Below, in pieces: positions 42,925 to 49,612 of a DNA stretch of 49,612 nt. Position 1 is the first letter of the stretch, and every line of letters starts with the position of its first letter. The notes beneath the pieces are model-generated. The model was not told the DNA's origin, did not search any database, and saw only the letters and a list, made by a program, of their open reading frames with translations. Position numbers and translations under genes: made by a program. This DNA comes from an uncultured Desulfobulbia bacterium (lineage in GTDB: Bacteria; Desulfobacterota; Desulfobulbia; Desulfobulbales; S012-135), in NCBI GenBank assembly GCA_964423785.1, contig CAYRGZ010000002.1, positions 1 through 49,612 of the forward strand, given 5' to 3'.

Positions 42925-44945
42925 TGGAACAACTCCTTGGCTCTCTCGGCGAAGAAACCGTTCGGCCAAGGTTTCGTGAAGTCTCCATCCTCGTCGACGG
43001 GGATGTGAACCACTCGCGAGCCGTCGTCCCCGGGTTCGACGTAGAGAATGGAGACGTCCGCGGGCGTGATCGGAGGGACGTCGTTCGGTAGCTCTCCGGA
43101 CGTCGTCTCCCTGATTCGGCGCAGAATGCGTAGGATGAGGTGCTCGGAATGCGTCTCGAGGATGAACGTGTTGCGTTTCTCCGTCTCGTACGAGGGAGCA
43201 CCGATGTATGGTTCCTTCTCCCGTGCCAATGCCCCCCGTATGAAGATGTCGCCCAGTTCCGCCTGCATGGCTGGATGCAGATGTAACTCTGGCTGTTCTA
43301 TCATGATGTTAGCGTAGAACGACAGACAGCTTTGAACGACGATCGGCAACAGTTGGCTGAAGCCGAAGCCGACATCCTTGATGTTTGCCTTGATCCCCGT
43401 CTTTCGGTCGATGAATCGCAAGACGAATACGCCACCGATATCCCTTTCCTCGTTCGACAGCTCCACTAGCTCGACCCGGTATCCGGCACGAATCCGAGCG
43501 AGCTCGTCGTTCACCCGATCCACGAGTTCGCCGTTCCTGTAGAGCAGGGCCGCGATGTTCTCTCCTTGCCGACCGAGTCCCACAGTTGGGTTGCCCTCTG
43601 CAATGTAGTATCTGTCGGGTTCCTTCCTGATGGGACCTATATACTGAATGCTTTCGAGGAATCTTTTTACGTGTGCTGCGACGAGAGGGGTGATCTGTCC
43701 AGGATGTATGGGATCCCAGTCGATGCGATATAATTTATCCGTTTCTATATATGATTTTGATATAGTTTTGTCTATCGTCATGCCGGCAAAACCGTCTGGA
43801 AGGAAAGAGCTATGTAGCCACGAGATGAAATCTACATCATAAGATGTATGTTCTTCGTAGAGCTCGAGAAATATCTTGTATCCAGGTCTACCTGAGCGCA
43901 ATTCTCGTTTCAGTCTCTCGAGATGGTCGTCGTGCTGGTCGACGATCATGAGTGCATCGAGGGCGGCTTCTGGTAGGTGTCGCTGCTCGTACAGTTTTCG
44001 TAGCCTTGCCATTTCCTCGGGGGACGCCTCCCGTCGGTCTATGACCATCGGGTAGTTGCGCCGATGAATATCGTGGTCGTCTCGCCCAGGTTCGTCGTCT
44101 TCGAGGAACATGTCGTACGTTCTGTTCAGGTGCGATATCGTGATCTGCTCCGACAGTAGGCTGTCTCGTATTTTCGTCAGCCTCTCGCAGTCTTCGTCGT
44201 TCTTGGCGATCCTGTTTTCGATCTTTCGTATGAGTCTATCATATTTGTGCTTTTCGTCTCCTGTCATTTCTCGTGTAAACGAAATCGGAGGTGGTGATAT
44301 TGTTGTATTTGGATTTAAAATTGCTTTGATGAAACCAAATATCGATCGATTTATCTCTTCTTGGAATTCATTGAAGAAATCGAGCCAGAAAGGATCATCG
44401 ATGTTGAACTTGCTGTATCCTTCTTTTTCATGTCGAAGGATTGGGGCGACTCCTTTGTCGAGAAATATTTTCGTCTCCGAGAGCCGTGGTAGGCCGTTGG
44501 CATTGGCAAAGGAGAAGGATATGCATATGGCGTCATGTTTTCGCAGGCAACGTTTCAGTCTGTCGGCATGGCTCGACAGCTCCGGGTCTCTCATGAGCCA
44601 TTCAGTTTCGCCGTATGCGTATGATAGAGTTTCGTCGAAGAGCTCGTCCGTATCCATTTCGAACTCGAATGCTATCTCGAAGGTGCGCGATGTGTCGCGG
44701 CCGTAGACGATGTCTTGGTAGCGACCGAGATCCACGTACTTTCCCTTCGGTATCAAGGGGGGAGCGGTGTCGTGGGGCGAAGCGAATGGGGTGTCGAGCG
44801 ACTGGGCGAGCAGGGCGAGGCATTGGAGGATGGCGCTCTTTCCGGCGGAGTTCTGTCCGAAGATCAGGGTGATCGGTCGAATCGGAATGGTGATCGTCCG
44901 GCCAAAGGGTTTGAAGTTGCTGATTCGGATCTCTCGGAGAATCAT
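42921..44945 (-). CDS. SMC/ABC-type (AAA_15/21-like) ATPase with DUF3696-like C-terminal region
   Basis: 674 aa. The N-terminus is MILREIRISNFKPFGRTITIPIRPITLIFGQNSAGKSAILQCL (SMC-like start with Walker A). The C-terminus has VGFGFSQLLPIVV, MIEQPELHLHPAMQAELGD (Walker B/D-loop) and ILETHSEHLILRILRR (H-loop). The SD is AAAGGAG. Confidence 0.85.
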   Translation of the reverse strand: MILREIRISNFKPFGRTITIPIRPITLIFGQNSAGKSAILQCLALLAQSLDTPFASPHDTAPPLIPKGKYVDLGRYQDIVYGRDTSRTFEIAFEFEMDTDELFDETLSYAYGETEWLMRDPELSSHADRLKRCLRKHDAICISFSFANANGLPRLSETKIFLDKGVAPILRHEKEGYSKFNIDDPFWLDFFNEFQEEINRSIFGFIKAILNPNTTISPPPISFTREMTGDEKHKYDRLIRKIENRIAKNDEDCERLTKIRDSLLSEQITISHLNRTYDMFLEDDEPGRDDHDIHRRNYPMVIDRREASPEEMARLRKLYEQRHLPEAALDALMIVDQHDDHLERLKRELRSGRPGYKIFLELYEEHTSYDVDFISWLHSSFLPDGFAGMTIDKTISKSYIETDKLYRIDWDPIHPGQITPLVAAHVKRFLESIQYIGPIRKEPDRYYIAEGNPTVGLGRQGENIAALLYRNGELVDRVNDELARIRAGYRVELVELSNEERDIGGVFVLRFIDRKTGIKANIKDVGFGFSQLLPIVVQSCLSFYANIMIEQPELHLHPAMQAELGDIFIRGALAREKEPYIGAPSYETEKRNTFILETHSEHLILRILRRIRETTSGELPNDVPPITPADVSILYVEPGDDGSRVVHIPVDEDGDFTKPWPNGFFAERAKELFQ

Positions 44946-45035
44946 GGGGGTGGCTCCTTTCCGTGTGCTCGCGAGGTCGGGGTTCGTTCTCCTTGGTTCG
45001 TATGCTGGGGAGGTGTCTTCGTGGTAGTGAGTCTC

Positions 45036-45051
45036 AGCAACGGTCGTGCCA
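45036..45051 (-). promoter_or_regulatory. Sigma-54 (-24/-12) promoter
   Basis: The minus strand reads TGGCAC-GACCG-TTGCT, a perfect match to TGGCAC-N5-TTGCW. It begins 3 nt after the stop of the second sigma-54 activator gene and lies about 90 nt upstream of the ATPase ATG at 44945. Confidence 0.7.
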
Positions 45052-45053
45052 GT

Positions 45054-46724
45054 CTATTCGAGGCCGTACCTTCGGAGCCAGTTGGTCAGTGTCTGGTAGC
45101 TCGGCAATCCCAGGAGTTTTGCGGCCTTGGTCTTGTTGCCCCGGGTTTCGGCAAGGCCTCTTTCGAGGTAGTGGACCGCCACGGTCTTCATGATTCCCGG
45201 GAGATCGATCCCCTGGCTGAGGGGGCGATCGAGAATGGTTTCGGGCGTCCGTCCGGCAGTGGGCAGGGGGAGGATGGCCTCTCGAATGTCGTCTGCCCCG
45301 ATCTCCTCTTCTGCCGACCACACGGCGGCCCTGGTCAAGGTGTTCTGCAGTTCCCGGACGTTGCCCGGCCAGGAGTGGGTGAGCAGAAGATTTCTTGCGG
45401 AGGCAGAAATTCTCTTCTGTTTGCGGGCCGCTCCTTCGCAACCTTCCTGACCGATCCGGGCGAGAAAGTGATCGATCAGTAGGCCGATGTCGCCCTCCCG
45501 TTCGCGCAAGGGCGGGAGTTTGATCACACCGACGGCCAGGCGGTAGAAAAGGTCCTCCCGAAAGTTTCCGGCTGCGACTTCGGCGAGGAGATCCCTGTTG
45601 GTCGCCGCAACGATCCGCACGTCGATCTTCTTCGCCCTGGTTGCCCCGATGCGTTTGATCTCTCCCTCCTGCAGGGTCCGCAGGAGCTTGACCTGCATTG
45701 GCTTGGGCAGCTCGCCGATTTCGTCGAGAAAGACGGTGCCGGTGTGGGCCGCCTCGAAATGACCGATCCTTGCGCTACTGGCTCCTGTGAAGGCCCCTTT
45801 CTCGTGGCCGAAGAGCTCGGATTCCATGAGTTCCGCCGGAATCGCGCCGCAGTTGATGACCACGAAGGGCTTGTCCTTCCTGGGGCTGGCATCGTGGATG
45901 GCGCGGGCGAACAGTTCCTTGCCGGTGCCGGACTCGCCCTCCAGGAGGACGGGGATGGAGTGGGGTGCGATACGCCGCGCCTTGAGCACCGCCCGTCGCA
46001 TCACTTCGCTCCGGTGGACGATGTCGTCGAATTCCGGGGCGGCATCGGGCAGGCCGGCGGCCAGTCGTTCGAGTCTCTCGTCCGCTCTCGTCAGGAGATC
46101 GGGGATGAAGTCTGCGGAGATGTCGAAGGGGACGGACGCGGTGCGGACGCCATGCTCCTTCGACGACTCGATCAGCTCCGCCGGGAAGCGGGTCTTGGCG
46201 AGCAGGATCCAGACCGCGGCCATCGCCGGCGTTCCAGGGCTCAGGTGGAAGACGAGGTCGGTGCCGCGCCCGTGTTGCCGGAGTCTCTCGTCGACGATGG
46301 CCGAAGCGGCTCGATGGATCTCGCCGAAGTCCGTTGGGGAGGAGAGTCGAACGTGGTGGAGAGAGATCGTTGCCGGTGTTCGTTGCCGTAGCCAGTCGAC
46401 ATACCGGTCGGCCTCGGCCTCTTCCCAATCGTTGAGCAGCACGATTTCCCCGTACGAGCCCACCTCGGCCGCCTGGGCCACCGGACCCGCGCCGATGTCC
46501 GCTCGTCCGGCGGCCGCCTTCAGGTCCGTCGCACCCAACCAACAGAACAGGATCCTCGTCTTCATGGCTAGTGCTATGGCTACAAGATTTCTTGCGAAGA
46601 TGCAAATCGTTTCGTCGTCTAGTGGATGTTTGGTTGCGCTTCGGGGGGTAGGAATACCCGTTGGGCATGTCGAGAGGCGGTTGTCTCGTGAGTCTCGCTC
46701 GATCTCCTCCCGTTCGTATTTCAT
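45054..46724 (-). CDS. Second sigma-54-dependent activator with RtcR-like (CARF-type) N-terminal domain
   Basis: AAA+ motifs: LLEGESGTGKE, GAFTGA and VFLDEIGEL. The C-terminal HTH is KTKAAKLLGLPSYQTLTNWLRRYGL. The N-domain ILFCWLGATDL...VFHLSPGTPAMAAVWILL parallels the RtcR TGTHVAQICWFLL segment. The start at 46724 has SD GGAG; an alternative start lies at 46565 (MKTRILF). Confidence 0.85.
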   Translation of the reverse strand: MKYEREEIERDSRDNRLSTCPTGIPTPRSATKHPLDDETICIFARNLVAIALAMKTRILFCWLGATDLKAAAGRADIGAGPVAQAAEVGSYGEIVLLNDWEEAEADRYVDWLRQRTPATISLHHVRLSSPTDFGEIHRAASAIVDERLRQHGRGTDLVFHLSPGTPAMAAVWILLAKTRFPAELIESSKEHGVRTASVPFDISADFIPDLLTRADERLERLAAGLPDAAPEFDDIVHRSEVMRRAVLKARRIAPHSIPVLLEGESGTGKELFARAIHDASPRKDKPFVVINCGAIPAELMESELFGHEKGAFTGASSARIGHFEAAHTGTVFLDEIGELPKPMQVKLLRTLQEGEIKRIGATRAKKIDVRIVAATNRDLLAEVAAGNFREDLFYRLAVGVIKLPPLREREGDIGLLIDHFLARIGQEGCEGAARKQKRISASARNLLLTHSWPGNVRELQNTLTRAAVWSAEEEIGADDIREAILPLPTAGRTPETILDRPLSQGIDLPGIMKTVAVHYLERGLAETRGNKTKAAKLLGLPSYQTLTNWLRRYGLE

Positions 46725-47005
46725 GGTTGGCTCCGGAGGAACGAGAAAAAATGCAGAACGGTGAAATTTATTTTTTCAGCAATATCGGCTTTGTTGGTTA
46801 TTAAAAAAATCTAAATATTTTTGTATGCAAAAAAATTGTTGACCAATATTTTGGTTTGCTGTATTGGATGTTCCGCATCCTGCGGATGCTTGCATTGTTG
46901 TTGGTATGGGTATGAATATATTTTTGTTTCTCGTCATATCCGATGGCTGTTCGGTCTTTCATTCGGCATCGTGCCGTCTCGTCGCAACCTATTTGGTAAG
47001 GAGAT
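46725..47005. promoter_or_regulatory. AT-rich divergent intergenic control region with palindromic candidate operator
   Basis: This stretch is markedly AT-rich and lies between divergent genes (activator on minus, recombinase on plus). A 15-bp palindrome GCATCC-tgc-GGATGC is at 46875-46889, with an extra GGATG at 46866-46870. A TTGACC -35-like hexamer is present. A strong SD (TAAGGAGAT) precedes the ATG at 47006. Confidence 0.4.
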
Positions 47006-49522
47006 ATGTCCTGGGTCCCTCCTGTAAACAGCAAACCATTTGATACGTTGCTACGTCTTGCGGTGGATGCTGGCCTCTCGGAGGAGAGGTTGCGAGAGTT
47101 CCTCTGGCTCCTGAACGCTCATCCCCAGCTCACCTCTTTCGTGCACGTCTGTATCAATCTCTCGGAATCTCTGCGGGCCTTGCAGAGGCAGCGGGTGCGC
47201 TTCTCGGATTACGGAATCGAAGAATGGCCGAAGATCGTCGAATGGGTGAAAAAGGGCGCCTCATCCTTCAGGGAGTATTTCGACGAGGAGTTCTTTCATC
47301 TGCCCAAGACATCATCGCACCACCCACTTTCCTACAAGGGATTGGGACGGCATGGTGTCTACTGTCTCTTCTGCAATGCACATGAGCACGAAAGATACCG
47401 TGGACGCTACAGTCTGTTGTTGGGACATCTGTTGCTTGCGCATGTGGAGTCGATGCGGGAGTTCGTGCCGCTGTACGTCTGGGAACATTACCAGGACGAG
47501 GCGGAGATCCTCTACGACCATCGGCCGGTCTACGCCGCGACCCTGGCTCTACGTGAGCTCAGCCTGGCGAAGCATCTCGATCACTTCCTCGCCGTCGCCC
47601 GTGCGATGCCGACCTCCCACTACCTCGCGTACATCGAAGGGATACGGCCAGCCGACTTCGGGGAGTTCGCCAGGCACATCGGCAATCTCCGCAACTTTCT
47701 CCTCAATCGCTGTGTACGGAAGCGGAGCAGGAAGAGAGAGGACGACGAAGAGGGCGGTGGGAGGGGGCCGGTGGAGTCCGGCCACATCGGGATCGCCACG
47801 GATGATACCGACGACTTCGATCTTGGCGATCCGGACGATCCCGCATACGACTGGAAGCGGATGGAGGTGATAGGCCGCGGAGCCGATCCGGCCCGCTTGG
47901 ACGAGGACGACCTCGAGGCGGCCGGGGAGGACGTGCCTCTCGATGAATTGGCGGCCGACGACGACATCCTGCTCGGTGAACAGGACTGTGAGTCCGCCCG
48001 TAAGGGACTGGCTGGCATCGTCCATACGGCAAGGGCACAGATGCGTCACCGGAGCATGGTCAATCAGTTGTTGCCATGGAGCTACGGGCTGTTGACCACC
48101 AGCGAGTACACAGAGCTGGTGAGGATGTTCGACGAAAGGTTCCAAGAACTCGAAGGACGGTGCGATGAGTGGACGGAGGAGGAGAGCCTGGAGGCCGAGA
48201 CCATCGTCATGGTGAGCATCTGCTTCTGGCTGGGGTGTGGACTGGAGGCGGTGCATGGCATGCACGTCATCAGCCGGGATCACAATCCGCCATGCCAGTT
48301 GGGCTTATACGAGCGACGAAGGCAAGGAGAATCCGTGGGGTACGAGTGGCGGGTGCGCAGCATCAATGTCGAGCACTTCACGGATAGGGCGGATTCCGCC
48401 GTAAAGTCGAAGCCGAGGGTCGACTATGTATCCCTGCCAGATCTCGTCGGTCTTGCGAAGAAGTTCGGTGTGATCAGGAAGCGGCGCCCAGGTAAAAACA
48501 CTGAGTTCTTCGGGCGGCCGCTCGAAGAATACCGGCAGGCGTTTCGGAAGTTGCTGCAAAACATGAGACATGGTGAGCGCATCACGATCACGAAGATCGA
48601 GAGGTTCCTCTTCCACCAGGTGGTCATGCGAGTCGGCGACGTGGTGGTGGCCGCGGCGATTACCGGCCAGCACCACTGGCTCACCCGGGTGCGAGCCCAT
48701 TACTCCACCCTCGATCTCAGTTTTCTTCGAGGCATCTATGCCGAAACCGTTCGCGAGATCGTTGCAAAGACTAGCCTGACACCATCCGGCCCACGAATGC
48801 CTCCTCCCAATCTATCGAACAAGCATGTGGGCAGTCGGATGTGTCCACGATTCGACACGGTGGTCGAGGTGGTAGCCAACATGAAGCGACGGCTGAAGTC
48901 CTGTCCAGCCGGCGGATTACAGAGGATATGGGAGTATCACAACCGATACACCATCTACACGGTCTACCTCTTCGGCTTCGCCACCGCCTGCCGGGCCATC
49001 GTCGATCCCTTGCGTCGTGTCTCGATCATCGACGGTGAGTCTGGTCTCGCCGTCCTGCCGGACAAGGAGGACGAGTATGGAAGCAAGAGCAGGCCCCTGT
49101 GGATCCCTGGTTTCGTCCGGAAACAGCTCGAAAGCTATGAGCGCCACCGTGCCTGGTTGTTCGAGAACGGTGTGGTCGCCAACCCTGCGGATGCCGAGAG
49201 ATGGGGAGGTTTCTTCCTCGACGAGGTGGGGAGGGCGGAACGGGTACGGCCGAGACGAATCGCCGAGCTGACGGAACGGTACTTTCCGTTTCCGGCGAAC
49301 GTCCATCGCCGGTTCGTCCGGACGCATCTGCTGGAGTCCGGATGTCCACCAGAGGTGATCGATGCGTGGATGGGGCACTGGTCCCTGGGCCAGCTCCCGT
49401 GGGGACGGTTCGCTTCCCTGTCTTACGCCGACTACGTTGCAGTGCTCCGTGCCCATCTGTTGCCGCTGCTCGAGGAACTGGGGTGGAGCCACGTGCCGAG
49501 TTTGCTTGCGGAGGAGGAGTAA
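47006..49522 (+). CDS. Large atypical tyrosine recombinase/integrase-like protein
   Basis: 838 aa. The C-terminus aligns to integrase box II: ANVHRRFVRTHLLESGCPPEVIDAWMGHWSLGQ...SYADY, compared with HDLRHTFATHLLENG....I...LGH......Y. A candidate box I Arg lies in FATACRAIVDPL. The N-terminal half is unrecognised and includes CLFC...HLLLAH and a long acidic linker. Confidence 0.6.
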   Translation: MSWVPPVNSKPFDTLLRLAVDAGLSEERLREFLWLLNAHPQLTSFVHVCINLSESLRALQRQRVRFSDYGIEEWPKIVEWVKKGASSFREYFDEEFFHLPKTSSHHPLSYKGLGRHGVYCLFCNAHEHERYRGRYSLLLGHLLLAHVESMREFVPLYVWEHYQDEAEILYDHRPVYAATLALRELSLAKHLDHFLAVARAMPTSHYLAYIEGIRPADFGEFARHIGNLRNFLLNRCVRKRSRKREDDEEGGGRGPVESGHIGIATDDTDDFDLGDPDDPAYDWKRMEVIGRGADPARLDEDDLEAAGEDVPLDELAADDDILLGEQDCESARKGLAGIVHTARAQMRHRSMVNQLLPWSYGLLTTSEYTELVRMFDERFQELEGRCDEWTEEESLEAETIVMVSICFWLGCGLEAVHGMHVISRDHNPPCQLGLYERRRQGESVGYEWRVRSINVEHFTDRADSAVKSKPRVDYVSLPDLVGLAKKFGVIRKRRPGKNTEFFGRPLEEYRQAFRKLLQNMRHGERITITKIERFLFHQVVMRVGDVVVAAAITGQHHWLTRVRAHYSTLDLSFLRGIYAETVREIVAKTSLTPSGPRMPPPNLSNKHVGSRMCPRFDTVVEVVANMKRRLKSCPAGGLQRIWEYHNRYTIYTVYLFGFATACRAIVDPLRRVSIIDGESGLAVLPDKEDEYGSKSRPLWIPGFVRKQLESYERHRAWLFENGVVANPADAERWGGFFLDEVGRAERVRPRRIAELTERYFPFPANVHRRFVRTHLLESGCPPEVIDAWMGHWSLGQLPWGRFASLSYADYVAVLRAHLLPLLEELGWSHVPSLLAEEE

Positions 49523-49528
49523 CGAACG

Positions 49529-49612
49529 ATGCTGGATCGTGCACGGAAAGTGGCCATTCAGAGGTTGTGGGATCTCGACGGGATTTGCGACGACCGTGAG
49601 GTGCGCAAGGCG
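49529..49612 (+). CDS. 5' end of an unidentified ORF running off the window
   Basis: An ATG at 49529 is preceded by GGAGGAGGAG, and the open frame MLDRARKVAIQRLWDLDGICDDREVRK runs to the window edge. It is too short to classify. Confidence 0.25.
   Translation, partial: MLDRARKVAIQRLWDLDGICDDREVRKA

Larger units (their letters stand above)
31768..49612. mobile_element. Putative tRNA-Arg-associated integrated defence island 2; continues past the window end
   Basis: The tRNA 3' fragment is oriented so that its 5' side faces the island and its 3' side with terminator faces the EPS operon, as expected for the distal att repeat. The cargo is defence genes. A tyrosine-recombinase-like gene lies near the far end. 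Composition is patchy. Confidence 0.5.

Noticed and set aside
41948-43201. 417-aa minus-strand ORF spanning the ATPase/partner junction
   Set aside because: It overlaps both better-supported genes out of frame and is extremely Arg/Pro/Ser-rich.
45775-46764. 297-aa minus-strand and 325-aa plus-strand ORFs overlapping the second sigma-54 activator
   Set aside because: They are alternative-frame or antisense ORFs in a gene with unambiguous AAA+/GAFTGA motifs, and their composition is typical of GC-rich artefacts.
1-49612. CRISPR arrays, rRNA genes, IS elements with terminal inverted repeats
   Set aside because: Reading the sequence revealed no regularly spaced direct repeats, no rRNA-like segments and no transposase-like ORFs.

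Overview
GC-rich bacterial chromosomal segment (roughly 60% GC by eye, with local AT-rich patches) in three blocks.

(1) About 0.4-24.4 kb, plus strand. An excisionase-type HTH gene and an RtcR-like activator (CARF-like N-domain, sigma-54 AAA+ domain, Fis HTH) are followed by a canonical sigma-54 promoter. That promoter heads a roughly 22 kb, essentially gap-free, translationally coupled operon. In order it encodes an SNase-like nuclease, type I R-M hsdR, a GIY-YIG nuclease and an hsdM-hsdS fusion. Five unusual genes follow: a double zinc-ribbon HEPN protein; a 1309-aa N6-MTase/TRD/HEPN/beta-sandwich/P-loop ATPase fusion; a P-loop ATPase-HEPN protein; a 2591-aa protein with two sacsin-like GHKL ATPase modules; and a Tudor-like SNF2 helicase. 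This five-gene module is my best candidate for an undescribed defence system.

(2) 24.9-31.5 kb, minus strand. An ordinary exopolysaccharide export operon (Wza/SLBB exporter, Wzz-type co-polymerase, YjbH-family outer-membrane protein, lipoprotein).

(3) 31.8 kb to the window end. A second island starts at a truncated tRNA-Arg(CCG) 3' fragment that keeps its own terminator. It carries a Druantia type III-like pair (DruH-like protein and a 2073-aa DUF1998 helicase). It also carries an SMC/ABC-type ATPase (DUF3696-like) with a coupled partner, placed directly downstream of a second RtcR-like activator and a perfect sigma-54 promoter. A large atypical tyrosine recombinase lies near the window edge.

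I found no CRISPR array, rRNA or intact tRNA. All domain calls come from motifs read in the translated ORFs; no database search was possible.
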